From: an uncultured Ignavibacteriales bacterium
GTDB lineage: Bacteria > Bacteroidota > Ignavibacteria > UBA10030 > SZUA-254
Reading direction: 5' to 3'
Assembly (NCBI GenBank): GCA_963714795.1
Contig: CAVQPS010000009.1
Location: forward strand, 550,709-614,708
DNA length: 64,000 bases
Below, in pieces: positions 39,324 to 52,384 of this stretch. A program made the translations under genes and the position numbers. The notes under the pieces were generated by a model. That model was not told the DNA's origin, did not search any database, and saw only the letters and a list, made by a program, of their open reading frames with translations. Position 1 is the stretch's first letter, and each line of letters starts with the position of its first letter.

Positions 39324-41846
39324 ATGGCACTCAATAAAACTGCAAAAATCTGGATTATTATTCTCTGCATTCCTGTCGTGCTCATCGTTGCTGCGGGGAT
39401 TGCTGCAAAGCTCTATTTTACCAGCGACCGGTTGAAAGCTTTAGTCGTTCCCAAAATTGAAGATGCAACACATCGCACGGTTTCGGTCGGGGATATTTCG
39501 CTGTCGATTTTTCCTTCGCTGGCGGTTTCGATCGATGATTTGAAAATTTCCAACATGGCGGGATCGTCGTTCGACCGGGATGAATTTATCTCTCTCGACA
39601 ATTTAAAACTGAATGTGAAAATTCTCGAGCTCCTTCATTCGAAGTTAGAAATTGCATATGTCATCGTCAATCATCCGGTGATTTATCTGGAGACGTCCAA
39701 AGACGGCAAGAGTAATTACTCAAGCTCGGCGCAGGGCGAGAAAAGCAATGTCAAAGTTACGGTGACAACCGATAACAGCAGCAGCGGAGCACTGCTTCTT
39801 TCCAATCTCGAAATCAATGACGGCGAGATCGAGCAGGTCGACAAGAAATTCGATGTCCACATGCTGATCAAGGGTTTGCATCAGACCGCAAATGTTGAAA
39901 TGCCGACCGGCGAAAATACATTTTATATAAAAGGATCGACGTCAATCGAATCGTTCAGTTACGGTTCGATGAAGATGTGGTATCTCAGCGATCAGCCGAT
40001 CAATGCCGACGAGAAACTTTCGTATAAAGTGGGCGACGACGTTTTAACCCTCGACGGCGTTACAGTCAAAGTGCGCGATCTTCCGTTGACGATTTCCGGA
40101 TCGGTTTCCCGTTTGACGAAACCTGAATTGATGATGAACATGACCGTTACATCGCCCGGAGCGCAGATGACGCAGCTTCTTTCGATCATTCCGCCGGAGA
40201 TGTTGAAGAAAACCCAGGGACTTTCGAGTTCCGGTGATGTGAAATTTACGATGAACATCAAAGGCCCTTCGAGCGAAACGATGAATCCCGGGATCGACGG
40301 ATCGTTTTCGGTGACGAACGGAAAAGTGCAGTACGCGTCGCTCCCGAAATCGATTACGAATATCAACATTGCCGGATCGTTTGAGAAACCATCCGCCTTG
40401 GTCGGAAACATCGGCGGCGGAAGTTTCGGCATTGAAAAAATGACCGCCACGATCGGCAGTAACGATCTGAACGGCGTCCTGCATGTTTCGAATTTCGGCG
40501 ACCCGACTGTTTCCGCGACGTTTGCCGGTACACTCGTGCTTGATGAAGTGAAAGAATTTTATCCGCTCGAACAGGGAACAGAGGTGAGCGGTGTGATGAA
40601 AGCGAACATTTCAGTCGAAGGGAAACCAAAAACGCCTCAAACATTGAAAGCATCCGGCAGTATCAATTTTCAGAATGTCGTTATCAAAACCGCCGGATCG
40701 CCGAAGCCGCTGAAGAATCTCAACGGCACGATCACGTTCAACAATCAGGTCATCGAATCGAAACAACTTGCAATGAACATCGGTGAATCGGATATGAATC
40801 TTTCGTTCACGGTGAAAAATTACCTCGGCATGGTGATGAATGATGCCGCACAATCGTCGGGCAAGCCGAGCGCAACAGCGACGCTGACATCGAAGCAGTT
40901 ACGCACCGCCGATCTGATGCCCGAACAACAGCCGGCGCCGAAAACAACCGATACGAAAAAACAGGTTCCGGCAAAACCGGCAGGCAGTATGCTGGCAGGA
41001 ATCGACATCGATGCGAATGTTACCGTGGATAAACTGCAGACGGAAAAATTCACATTCACGAATGCAAAAGGAAATGTGACTGTTTCCGGCGGCATCGTCA
41101 ATCTCAAAAATTTCAGTGTGAACGCATTCAATGGAACGATTCAAAGCAAAGGAACACTCGATCTTCGCGATCCGAAAAAGAGTCCGTTCGATCTGACGCT
41201 CGATATCAAGAATGTCGAATCGAATGCAATGCTGTCGAATTTCACGTCGTTCGGGCAATATCTTTTCGGAAAATTTTCAACGACGACGTCGATGAAAGGC
41301 GACTTGAACGACACACTTGGCTTAAACTCACAAACATTGTTCGGGAACGGAACAATCAATATTTCAAACGGCAAACTGAGCGGATATCCGCTGACGCAAA
41401 AACTTGCCGACTTTACAAATCTGGCCGACCTACGGGAAGTGAATTTCAAAGATTGGGCAAATGCATTTTCGATTTCCAACGGACGATTGACCGTCAAAGA
41501 TCTGAAAGTATCGACCGGCTCGACCGATTTTCTTGTGGAAGGATCGGAAGGACTTGACGGCTCAATGGATTATCATGTGAACGTAAAGCTTCCGGCATCG
41601 GCTTCGGATAAAATCAATATCGGCAGCGTCGGCAATCAACTGCTCCAATTCCTGAAAGATAAAGACGGCAGGATCAATCTGCCGCTGACCGTTTCGGGCT
41701 CGAGCGCGAGTCCGGTGGTCGGTCTCGATTCGAAAGCACAGGCAGATGCAACGAAGAATGCTCTCCAGCAGAAAGCGAATGGTCTACAGGACGATTTGAA
41801 AAAGAAAGCGCAGGATGCCTTGAAAAATCTTTTCAAAAAACCGTGA
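39324..41846 (+). CDS. AsmA-family outer-membrane assembly protein
   Basis: 840 aa with an N-terminal TM anchor and a long beta-rich periplasmic region with AsmA-like repeats. Confidence 0.7.
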   Translation: MALNKTAKIWIIILCIPVVLIVAAGIAAKLYFTSDRLKALVVPKIEDATHRTVSVGDISLSIFPSLAVSIDDLKISNMAGSSFDRDEFISLDNLKLNVKILELLHSKLEIAYVIVNHPVIYLETSKDGKSNYSSSAQGEKSNVKVTVTTDNSSSGALLLSNLEINDGEIEQVDKKFDVHMLIKGLHQTANVEMPTGENTFYIKGSTSIESFSYGSMKMWYLSDQPINADEKLSYKVGDDVLTLDGVTVKVRDLPLTISGSVSRLTKPELMMNMTVTSPGAQMTQLLSIIPPEMLKKTQGLSSSGDVKFTMNIKGPSSETMNPGIDGSFSVTNGKVQYASLPKSITNINIAGSFEKPSALVGNIGGGSFGIEKMTATIGSNDLNGVLHVSNFGDPTVSATFAGTLVLDEVKEFYPLEQGTEVSGVMKANISVEGKPKTPQTLKASGSINFQNVVIKTAGSPKPLKNLNGTITFNNQVIESKQLAMNIGESDMNLSFTVKNYLGMVMNDAAQSSGKPSATATLTSKQLRTADLMPEQQPAPKTTDTKKQVPAKPAGSMLAGIDIDANVTVDKLQTEKFTFTNAKGNVTVSGGIVNLKNFSVNAFNGTIQSKGTLDLRDPKKSPFDLTLDIKNVESNAMLSNFTSFGQYLFGKFSTTTSMKGDLNDTLGLNSQTLFGNGTINISNGKLSGYPLTQKLADFTNLADLREVNFKDWANAFSISNGRLTVKDLKVSTGSTDFLVEGSEGLDGSMDYHVNVKLPASASDKINIGSVGNQLLQFLKDKDGRINLPLTVSGSSASPVVGLDSKAQADATKNALQQKANGLQDDLKKKAQDALKNLFKKP

Positions 41847-41849
41847 GGA

Positions 41850-42677
41850 ATGAGGAAGCAGACAGGGCTGAAGATTACTCCGAAACAATCGCTCGGTCAA
41901 AATTTTCTCGTCGACGAAAATATCGTCGGGAAAATTATCGGGGAGATGCATCTCGGGACGAACGATGCCGTTATTGAAATCGGTCCCGGTCACGGAGCGT
42001 TAACCGCGAAGCTTGCCGGCAACGTCCGGCATTTGCTGATCGTTGAAATTGACGGAAGGATGATCGAATCGTTGCGGGAACGGTTTGCACCGCTCGGCGT
42101 TGAAATTCTTCATCAGGATTTTTTAGAAGTTGATCTTGCCGAATGGCGACGGCACTGGAATGCAAAATTGCGGCTGGTGGGAAATCTTCCGTATCATTTA
42201 ACAAGCCCGATTTTATTCAAGGTCTTTGATGCCTCGGCATTTGTTCATGACATTACATTCACGATACAACGTGAAGTGGCACAGCGTCTCGTTGCTCCGC
42301 CCGGCTCGAAAACCTACGGCATTCTCTCCGTGATGACACAATTCTACGGCGATGCGAAACTGTTGTTTCATGTTTCTCCCAACTGCTTTTCTCCGAAACC
42401 GAAGGTAACATCTTCCGTTGTTCAGATCGTATTTCACGATAAGCACTCATCGTCGGTCGATCCTGAGATTTTTCGCACCGTTGTCCGGACGGCATTTGGA
42501 AAGCGCCGGAAAACATTGAAAAACAGCCTGTCGTATCTTCCCTATGGCGAAAAAGTTCTGGACAGTATTATAAAAAGTTCATCATTTTCACTGGAAAAAC
42601 GTCCGGAACAACTTACACTCGAACAATTTATCGAGCTTGCCCGCCATGTTGAAAATTGTCCGGTCAAAAAAATTTAA
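41850..42677 (+). CDS. rsmA: 16S rRNA (adenine1518/1519-N6)-dimethyltransferase
   Basis: 'LGQNFLVDENIV', the SAM-binding motif 'EIGPGHGALT', and 'NLPY'. Confidence 0.9.
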   Translation: MRKQTGLKITPKQSLGQNFLVDENIVGKIIGEMHLGTNDAVIEIGPGHGALTAKLAGNVRHLLIVEIDGRMIESLRERFAPLGVEILHQDFLEVDLAEWRRHWNAKLRLVGNLPYHLTSPILFKVFDASAFVHDITFTIQREVAQRLVAPPGSKTYGILSVMTQFYGDAKLLFHVSPNCFSPKPKVTSSVVQIVFHDKHSSSVDPEIFRTVVRTAFGKRRKTLKNSLSYLPYGEKVLDSIIKSSSFSLEKRPEQLTLEQFIELARHVENCPVKKI

Positions 42678-42766
42678 TACTTCATTTTTTTATGAATTTT
42701 TGTACATTGAAAGCAGTGAATTTGTAATGGCTCTTCCATAAAAATGAAAGTGGTAGTTTTGACGCG

Positions 42767-45376
42767 ATGATATCACTCATATCCAATCCTCTGAAAAAAT
42801 CAACGGGCGGTATACAGATTTCTCCGTTGTTGGCCGAAGCTGCCCGCGCAGAAACGCATGATGTGCTGACGAAGCTCGGAAGCTCTGCGCAGGGATTATC
42901 CGAGTCCGAAGCGGAAGCGCGCATCGCAACGTACGGTGTGAATGAAGTTGCCCAAGAAGTAAAACATGGCTGGGTCTATCGCCTGATGACAACGTTCCGC
43001 AATCCGCTTGTCATCCTTCTCGGTGCGTTGGCAACGATTTCCTTTTTGACGGATGACGTTACCGGTGGAATCGTGATGTGCCTGATGGTGGTTCTCGGAG
43101 TCATGCTCAGATTTATTCAGGAGAACCGTGCCGACTCTGCGGCGGCACAACTCAAGGCGATGATTAAAGTTACGGCGACAGTTATCCGCGATGGACAACC
43201 CAAAGAAATACCGCTCAAGGAATTGGTGCCGGGTGATGTCGTGAAACTTTCTGCCGGTGATATGATCCCGGCGGACATTCGCGTGATCTCATCGAAAGAT
43301 TTGTTCCTTATTCAGGCGACGCTGACGGGAGAGTCGTTGCCGATTGAAAAATTCGATGCGCGGGAAACACGCGAAAATATTTCACCGCTCGAATTTTCCA
43401 ATATCTGTTTTCTCGGTACCAGCGTGGAAAGCGGAACGGCGCTCGCCGTCGTTGTCACGTCCGGGCGGCAAACATATTTCGGCAGTATGGCGGGGAGTAT
43501 TGCGGGTCAGCAAATTGAGACGAGCTTCGACAAAGGCATCAAACGTTTTACATGGCTGATGATTCAATTTATGATCGTGATGGTTCCGCTGGTCTTTGTC
43601 ATCAACGGGCTGACGAAGGGGAATTGGGGCGAAGCATTTTTCTTTGCCCTTGCCGTGGCGGTCGGATTGACGCCGGAAATGCTGCCGATGATCGTATCGG
43701 TCAGTCTTTCGAAAGGCGCTATTCTGATGTCGCGGAAGAAAGTGATCGTGAAGCGGCTGAATTCCATTCAGAATTTCGGAGCAATGGATGTCCTCTGTAC
43801 CGATAAAACCGGTACGCTGACGATGGATCATGTCGTTCTGGAACGGCATTGTGATGTCGTTCGCAAAGAAGATGAGCTGGTATTATTGGATGCATGTCTC
43901 ATCAGTCACTTCCAAACCGGATTGAAGAACGTTCTGGATCGTGCGATTCTTGATTATCGTGATAAAGCATTCGAACAGGTGAGCATCGAGCAGTATAAAA
44001 AAGTCGATGAGATTCCGTTCGATTTTTCGCGGCGAATGATGTCCGTTGTGGTGGAGCAGCCCGGCGGAGTACACCGCCTGCTGACAAAAGGGGCTCCGGA
44101 AGAAATTTTCCGGCGATGCACGCGCTTTGAATTGGAAGAAGAAGTTCTGCCGATGGATCCGATTCTCATTCAGGATTTGCGCGACGAGTATGAACGTTTG
44201 AGCGCCGACGGTTTCCGCGTGCTTGCCGTTGCCTACAGAGATCTTGAGAGCCGTCCTGCCTATTCGAAAGATGATGAGAGCGACCTGGTGTTGAAAGGGT
44301 ATGTTGCATTTCTCGATCCGCCGAAAGAAAGCGCCGGACCGGCAATTGCCGCCCTGCAAAAACACGGCGTGGTTGTAAAAATTCTTACCGGGGATAACGA
44401 TCTCGTCAGTAAAAAAGTTTGTCACGAAGTCGGCCTTTCCACCGATCATCTCGTGCTCGGGACGGATATCGACAAAATGTCGGATGCAGAATTGCTCGAG
44501 TCGGCAGAAACAACGACTATTTTTGCACGATTATCACCGGCACACAAACAACGTATCATTCAGGTGTTGCGTGCGAAAGGGCATGTTGTCGGCTTCATGG
44601 GAGACGGCATTAACGATGCCCCTGCTTTGCGCGCGGCAGATGTCGGCATTTCCGTCGATTCCGCAGTTGATATCGCGAAGGAATCTGCCGACGTTATTCT
44701 GCTCGAGAAAAGTTTGATGGTTCTGGAAGAAGGAGTTCTCGAAGGACGCAAAGTGTTTGCCAATATTGTCAAATACGTGCGGATGGGTGCGAGTTCCAAT
44801 TTCGGCAACATGTTCAGCGTGTTGGGCGCGAGCGCTTTTCTTCCGTTCGTTCCGATGCGGCCGATTCAAATTCTTACGAATAATTTGTTATACGATTTTT
44901 CTCAAGTTCCGATTCCCACCGATAATGTCGATCCCGAACGAATTGCCAAACCGCACCCGTGGTCAATGGATGCGATCCGGCGGTTTATTCTTTTTATCGG
45001 GCCAATCAGTTCAATATTTGATTACACGACATACTTCGTCATGTTGTACGTTTTCAAATGCTGGGATCCTTCGCGGGCATCCTTATTCCAAACCGGTTGG
45101 TTCGTCGAATCGCTGATGACACAGACACTCATCATTCATATTATACGAACGAATAAAATTCCGTTTATACAGAGCATGCCGAGTGTTCCTCTCGTTTTAA
45201 CCTCGGGTATTATTATGGCGTTGGGCATGTGGCTCCCGTACTCCGGGTTAGCGTCGTCGCTCGGCTTTACAGAACTTCCGATATTGTACTGGCCCATTTT
45301 GCTGGTCACACTTCTCTGTTATATTTCGCTGACGCAATTTGTTAAAATGTGGCTTATCAAAAAAACGTGGATATGA
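42767..45376 (+). CDS. mgtA: magnesium-translocating P-type ATPase
   Basis: The phosphorylation site 'CTDKTGTLT', 'TGDN', 'GDGINDAPAL', and an MgtA-type N-terminus, 869 aa. Confidence 0.85.
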   Translation: MISLISNPLKKSTGGIQISPLLAEAARAETHDVLTKLGSSAQGLSESEAEARIATYGVNEVAQEVKHGWVYRLMTTFRNPLVILLGALATISFLTDDVTGGIVMCLMVVLGVMLRFIQENRADSAAAQLKAMIKVTATVIRDGQPKEIPLKELVPGDVVKLSAGDMIPADIRVISSKDLFLIQATLTGESLPIEKFDARETRENISPLEFSNICFLGTSVESGTALAVVVTSGRQTYFGSMAGSIAGQQIETSFDKGIKRFTWLMIQFMIVMVPLVFVINGLTKGNWGEAFFFALAVAVGLTPEMLPMIVSVSLSKGAILMSRKKVIVKRLNSIQNFGAMDVLCTDKTGTLTMDHVVLERHCDVVRKEDELVLLDACLISHFQTGLKNVLDRAILDYRDKAFEQVSIEQYKKVDEIPFDFSRRMMSVVVEQPGGVHRLLTKGAPEEIFRRCTRFELEEEVLPMDPILIQDLRDEYERLSADGFRVLAVAYRDLESRPAYSKDDESDLVLKGYVAFLDPPKESAGPAIAALQKHGVVVKILTGDNDLVSKKVCHEVGLSTDHLVLGTDIDKMSDAELLESAETTTIFARLSPAHKQRIIQVLRAKGHVVGFMGDGINDAPALRAADVGISVDSAVDIAKESADVILLEKSLMVLEEGVLEGRKVFANIVKYVRMGASSNFGNMFSVLGASAFLPFVPMRPIQILTNNLLYDFSQVPIPTDNVDPERIAKPHPWSMDAIRRFILFIGPISSIFDYTTYFVMLYVFKCWDPSRASLFQTGWFVESLMTQTLIIHIIRTNKIPFIQSMPSVPLVLTSGIIMALGMWLPYSGLASSLGFTELPILYWPILLVTLLCYISLTQFVKMWLIKKTWI

Positions 45377-45453
45377 TCCGGACCGATGTCGATCGTTTGT
45401 CGGTTTCGTATGGTAGTTCAACTCTCTGTCATTATTGAAAGAATTTCGATTTT

Positions 45454-46377
45454 GTGAGCAATACCCCCACGTTCCGTCAGTGCCTGCGCCCCGTTGATGT
45501 GCTTGTCATTGCGTTTGCCGTGTTGCTTTGTTTCATCAATCTTTTTTCGATGGGACTGATTCATGACTGGGCTATTCTCATCGGCATCAACATTTTTTTC
45601 TGTTTCGGAATTGCAATTATTTCCTATCTTTCCGAAACGCGCACATCCAAATTGATTCGTGCAATTCACAATTGGTATCCGGTTCCGACGATTTTTCTCG
45701 TCTTCAAAGAAATGTATGTCATCATCCAATCGATCGCCCATCCGGATTGGGATCCGTTACTGATCAGGATCGATCACGGCATGTTCGGCGCCGACCCGAC
45801 TGTCTGGCTCGGGATGCATGCTTCGCCGGTGCTGACGGAAATTCTTCAAATTGCGTACGTGAGTTATTATTTCATCATGCTCACTGTCGGTATCGAATTG
45901 TTTTTAAGAAATGAGCGAGAGAAATTTTCGTATATAGTTTTTGTTATCGTCTACGGTTTTTTTCTTTCCTATCTCGGCTACCTCGCTGTTCCCGCCGTTG
46001 GTCCGCGATTTACATTGCATGATTTTTCCGCGTTGAAGAGCGATCTTCCCGGCGTATGGCTGACGAACGGACTTCGCGACTTCATCGATGCGGGTGAATC
46101 GATTCCGAATAATGTTTCGAACGCGATCGTGTATGCACAGCGGGATGCGTTTCCCAGCGGTCATACCGAAATGACGCTGATCTCGGTGTATCTTGCATTT
46201 CACTACAAATTAAAATCCCGGTGGATACTGCTTCTTTTCGGAACATTGCTCATCATCAGTACTGTCTACCTCCGGTATCATTACGTGATCGATGTGATCG
46301 GCGGAACGGTGTTCATGCTGTTCACGGTGTGGACTGCGCCGAAATTGTCCGCGTGGTGGGAAAAAATCCGCGGGTAA
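45454..46377 (+). CDS. PAP2-superfamily membrane phosphatase/phosphotransferase
   Basis: Polytopic membrane protein with the C-terminal PAP2 motifs 'PSGHT' and 'RYHYVIDVIGG'. Confidence 0.65.
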   Translation: MSNTPTFRQCLRPVDVLVIAFAVLLCFINLFSMGLIHDWAILIGINIFFCFGIAIISYLSETRTSKLIRAIHNWYPVPTIFLVFKEMYVIIQSIAHPDWDPLLIRIDHGMFGADPTVWLGMHASPVLTEILQIAYVSYYFIMLTVGIELFLRNEREKFSYIVFVIVYGFFLSYLGYLAVPAVGPRFTLHDFSALKSDLPGVWLTNGLRDFIDAGESIPNNVSNAIVYAQRDAFPSGHTEMTLISVYLAFHYKLKSRWILLLFGTLLIISTVYLRYHYVIDVIGGTVFMLFTVWTAPKLSAWWEKIRG

Positions 46378-46558
46378 GATCACACAGCGCTCTTGCATTT
46401 CACTCACTCATTTCGTATTTTTTATAAACCACGATGTAGTTCACTCAACAGAGGAGTCGTATGGCGCCGATGTCGTACAATTCGGGATTGTTGCTGAATC
46501 GTATGCCGTACTCTCTTCCGGATTCTCCCGTAGAATCCTGCAATGATTTCCCTGCTCG

Positions 46559-47275
46559 ATGATCGTCTCCATTTTTAAAATAATTCTTATTGTCGTGTAT
46601 ACGATTCTGATTTCGACGATGGAATTATTAATTACGCCATTCCTCCGGACAGGAAATTTGTATCATGCATTGGCGAAACTTCATGCACGCGGGGTGCTTG
46701 CGATGAGCGGGGTGAAACTTGAGGTTGAAGGTCTTGAACGCGTGGATTTTTCGCGGGGATATATTTATGTATCGAATCATGCAAGTTACTTTGATATTCC
46801 CGCCGTCATCGCCGGCATTCCCGATCAGATCCGGATCGTGTATAAAAAAGAATTGGAAAAAATTCCAATTTTCGGGTGGGGATTGAAATACGGAAAAACC
46901 TATATCGGCATCAATCGCGGCAAGGGACAAGATGCCATCCAAAGTCTGGATGAAGCGGCAGATAAGATCCGGAACGGTGCTTCGGTGATTTTGTTTGCGG
47001 AAGGCACGCGTACGCCGGACGGAAACTTACAGCCGTTTAAGCGCGGTCCGTTTAATCTTGCGGTAAAAGCGCAGGCGCCGGTTGTGCCGGTAGCTATTCA
47101 GGGAAGCCGTGCCGTGTTGCCGAAAGATTCCTGGCGCATTCGTCCGGGAACGATCAAGCTGATACTGTCGGAACCGATCGATTCCCCGAAACCGAACGGC
47201 AAAGAAAGTGAATTCGGTTTGCGGGATAAAGTGCACGAAATTATTCAGAATAATTTGAGAGGCAGGCAACCATAA
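46559..47275 (+). CDS. plsC: 1-acyl-sn-glycerol-3-phosphate acyltransferase-like
   Basis: The HX4D motif 'NHASYFD' and 'FAEGTRT', 238 aa. Confidence 0.8.
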   Translation: MIVSIFKIILIVVYTILISTMELLITPFLRTGNLYHALAKLHARGVLAMSGVKLEVEGLERVDFSRGYIYVSNHASYFDIPAVIAGIPDQIRIVYKKELEKIPIFGWGLKYGKTYIGINRGKGQDAIQSLDEAADKIRNGASVILFAEGTRTPDGNLQPFKRGPFNLAVKAQAPVVPVAIQGSRAVLPKDSWRIRPGTIKLILSEPIDSPKPNGKESEFGLRDKVHEIIQNNLRGRQP

Positions 47276-47279
47276 CGAT

Positions 47280-47573
47280 ATGTCGATCACCATTCAGGAT
47301 GTTGAACAGATCGCCAAGCTTGCACGTCTGGAATTTACGCGTGAGGAAAAAGAAAAACTGACGCATCAAATGAATCAGATTTTGACATACATGGAAAAGC
47401 TGAACGAAGTCGATACAACAAATGTCGAACCGTTATCCCATGTCATCGAGCTCAATAATGTCTTTCGTGAAGATGTCGTACGGCCGTCATCGTCCCGTCA
47501 GGAAATGTTACAGAATGCACCGGATCATACCGAAGAATTTTTTAAAGTTCCTAAAGTGATCGGATCGCAATAA
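47280..47573 (+). CDS. gatC: Asp/Glu-tRNA amidotransferase subunit C
   Basis: 'IAKLARLEFTREEKEK...' at 97 aa, a typical GatC. Confidence 0.85.
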   Translation: MSITIQDVEQIAKLARLEFTREEKEKLTHQMNQILTYMEKLNEVDTTNVEPLSHVIELNNVFREDVVRPSSSRQEMLQNAPDHTEEFFKVPKVIGSQ

Positions 47574-48350
47574 ATGAAATCGGAAAAACCATATATCGTG
47601 GGAATAATTCCGGCACGGTACGGATCGACACGATTGGCGGCAAAACCGCTCGTCGATTTGTGCGGCAAGCCGATGATTCAACATGTCTGTGAACGCGCGT
47701 CTCAAGCGGCTTTGCTGGATGAAGTCATTGTTGCTACCGATGACGATAGAATCATTACTGCCGTGAGAAATTTCGGCGGCAATGCAATAATGACCCCGGC
47801 AAGTTTACGTTCCGGAACCGACCGTATCGCATTTGTAGCAAAGGAGTTACGGGAAGCCGATATCATCGTCAACATTCAGGGTGATGAGCCGCTCATCGTC
47901 CCGGCAATGATCGACGAAGCGGTACGTCCGTTGATGAACGACGCGTCGATTGTTGCCGGAACAATTGTGAAAAAGATCGGACAGGCGGAAGAAATTTCAA
48001 ATCCGAATGTTGTGAAAGTCGTTCTTGATGATGAAAATAATGCGCTCTATTTTTCCCGGTCTCCGATTCCGTATATGCGGGATAATAATTCGGTCGAATC
48101 GTGGTACCGGCATCACACATACTTCAAACATTTCGGTTTGTATGTTTTTCGCCGGGAATTTTTATTGAAATTTGCTCAATGGGATGAATCGAAATTGGAA
48201 AAGACAGAGAAGCTTGAACAACTCCGTATTCTCGAACATGGGTTTAAAATTAAAGCAACGATAACAGAACATGACAGTATCCCGATTGATACGGCAGAAG
48301 ATGCTGAAAAAGTTCGTACGATTCTTCAACAACAAAAAAAGAAATATTAA
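47574..48350 (+). CDS. kdsB: 3-deoxy-manno-octulosonate cytidylyltransferase
   Basis: 'GIIPARYGSTRL..KPL..L.GKPMIQHV' and 'ATDD' motifs. Its ATG directly follows the gatC stop. Confidence 0.85.
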   Translation: MKSEKPYIVGIIPARYGSTRLAAKPLVDLCGKPMIQHVCERASQAALLDEVIVATDDDRIITAVRNFGGNAIMTPASLRSGTDRIAFVAKELREADIIVNIQGDEPLIVPAMIDEAVRPLMNDASIVAGTIVKKIGQAEEISNPNVVKVVLDDENNALYFSRSPIPYMRDNNSVESWYRHHTYFKHFGLYVFRREFLLKFAQWDESKLEKTEKLEQLRILEHGFKIKATITEHDSIPIDTAEDAEKVRTILQQQKKKY

Positions 48351-48352
48351 CC

Positions 48353-50604
<2,252 letters not shown>

Positions 50605-50897
50605 AGGGTAAAAGTTCTGCCGGCGGAGTTCTTTGGAGAACGGATTAACTAAAACCGGCATTATCTAATATGAAACAGATAAATCATCGGGAGCACCATC
50701 TTGTAATTATTTTTCGAATTTTATAAATTATTCAGTATTCCCCTCCTAAAAGCCACTTCATAAAAACCAGCAAAACAAGTAAAAAACGCACTTTTCTATT
50801 TAAAGATTTCACCCACCGATTTAAAAACACAAAAATGCCCCAAAATGTGCATTTTCACTTGACTTTCAACAAAAAAAGTCTAAATTTAAAAGTCACA

Positions 50898-50922
50898 GTG
50901 GGTAAAAGTGGGGAATTTTGGT
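50898..50922 (+). promoter_or_regulatory. MraZ-box-like direct repeats upstream of mraZ
   Basis: GTGGG (50898), GTGGG (50908) and TTGGT (50918) at 10-bp phasing, about 35 to 55 nt before the mraZ start. This resembles the TGGGN repeats bound by MraZ. Confidence 0.4.
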
Positions 50923-50954
50923 TTTTAAAATTTTGAACAATTTCGGTCGAAAAA

Positions 50955-51395
50955 ATGTCTTCGTTTAAAGGCTCATACACATATTCTGTCGATGACAAAG
51001 GAAGAATAAATCTTCCCGCGAAGTTGCGGAAATACGTTTCTCCGGAAGCAAATGAAACGTTTGTTGTCACGCGCGGGTTCGAACAGTGTTTATATGTATA
51101 CCCGGCCGACGAGTGGAACAAGCTTGAACAAAATCTGAGAAACTTATCGAACTACGATGCGGAGCACCGGCGGTTTGTCCGGACACTTCTGGAACTTGCC
51201 TCCGAGGGACAACTGGACGCTCAGTCACGACTTTCTATTCCTCAGGAACTGCGTGAATATGCAAACATCCGGGAAGATGTTCGCATCATCGGTACGCTGG
51301 ATAAAATTGAATTGTGGAATCCGAAAATATACGAAGAATATAAACGCTCGCAATCCGAACCGTACGAAAGCATCGCTGCAAAAGTGATGCGATGA
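50955..51395 (+). CDS. mraZ: transcriptional regulator MraZ
   Basis: 'YTYSVDDKGRINLPAKLR' and a second DxxxR repeat, 146 aa. Confidence 0.9.
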   Translation: MSSFKGSYTYSVDDKGRINLPAKLRKYVSPEANETFVVTRGFEQCLYVYPADEWNKLEQNLRNLSNYDAEHRRFVRTLLELASEGQLDAQSRLSIPQELREYANIREDVRIIGTLDKIELWNPKIYEEYKRSQSEPYESIAAKVMR

Positions 51396-51452
51396 GCAAT
51401 GATTGTCTCATTTCCAAAATGCCCGTTCTGTGTTCTTTCTGTTGTTGATTAG

Positions 51453-52382
51453 ATGGAAGCGGCGTACCACGTTCCGGTCCTGGTGGATGCCGTGCTTCAG
51501 TATCTTCTGAGGGAGCCCGAGGGGATTTATGTCGATGGTACGCTTGGCGGCGGCGGGCATGCAGAATATATGTTGAACGCCCTTTCACCATCGGGAAAAG
51601 TTATCGGGTTCGATTGTGATCATGAAGCATTGCAGTTCGCACAAATTCGTTTGAAAAGGTTTGGTGACCGTGTTCAATTCGTTCACGATAATGTTGCAAA
51701 TCTTGTCCAGGGGTTATCTTCTGTTGGTATTACGAACGTGGATGGAATCCTGCTTGATCTCGGTGTTTCGTCGCACCAAATTGATACCGGTACACGCGGG
51801 TTTAGTTTTCAGTCCGAAGGGCATCTCGACATGCGAATGAATGCTGAACAACGATTGGACGGCTGGACGGTTGTCAACACCTATGACCGGGATACGCTGG
51901 CGGACATTATCTGGAAGTACGGTGAAGAACGAACATCCCGCCGCATTGCACGGGAAATTGTTGCAGCGAGAGTACAGCATCCGATTGATTCGACCCGGCA
52001 ACTCGCCGAAATTGTGGAAAAAACTGCTGGAAAAAAATTTCTCCAGAAAACTCTTGCACGGGTATTTCAGGCAATTCGTATCGAAGTAAATAACGAAATG
52101 GATAATTTACAACGCGCACTTTCATCGGCAATCGACATTCTTCATCCCCACGGACGCATTGTGGTGATATCGTACCATTCGCTGGAAGATCGGATGACGA
52201 AAGATTTTTTTCGGAATGAAGCACGCGACGTTATTCGATCGGAAAATGAATTTCTTCCGGACATACATCGCAATCCGCGATTACATGTCCTGACGAAAAA
52301 GCCGCTCGAAGCAAGCCCCGAAGAAACTCTTCACAATCCGCGGGCACGAAGCGCAAAATTACGTGCGGCAGAGAAGGTATAA
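51453..52382 (+). CDS. rsmH: 16S rRNA (cytosine1402-N4)-methyltransferase
   Basis: 'HVPVLVDAVLQYL', 'DGTLGGGGH' and 'SYHSLEDR' motifs. Confidence 0.9.
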   Translation: MEAAYHVPVLVDAVLQYLLREPEGIYVDGTLGGGGHAEYMLNALSPSGKVIGFDCDHEALQFAQIRLKRFGDRVQFVHDNVANLVQGLSSVGITNVDGILLDLGVSSHQIDTGTRGFSFQSEGHLDMRMNAEQRLDGWTVVNTYDRDTLADIIWKYGEERTSRRIAREIVAARVQHPIDSTRQLAEIVEKTAGKKFLQKTLARVFQAIRIEVNNEMDNLQRALSSAIDILHPHGRIVVISYHSLEDRMTKDFFRNEARDVIRSENEFLPDIHRNPRLHVLTKKPLEASPEETLHNPRARSAKLRAAEKV

Positions 52383-52384
52383 TC

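Noticed and set aside
42678-42766. Possible M-box (Mg) riboswitch ahead of mgtA.
   Set aside because: The leader is only 89 nt, too short for the M-box, which is about 160 nt. No conserved M-box helices are visible.
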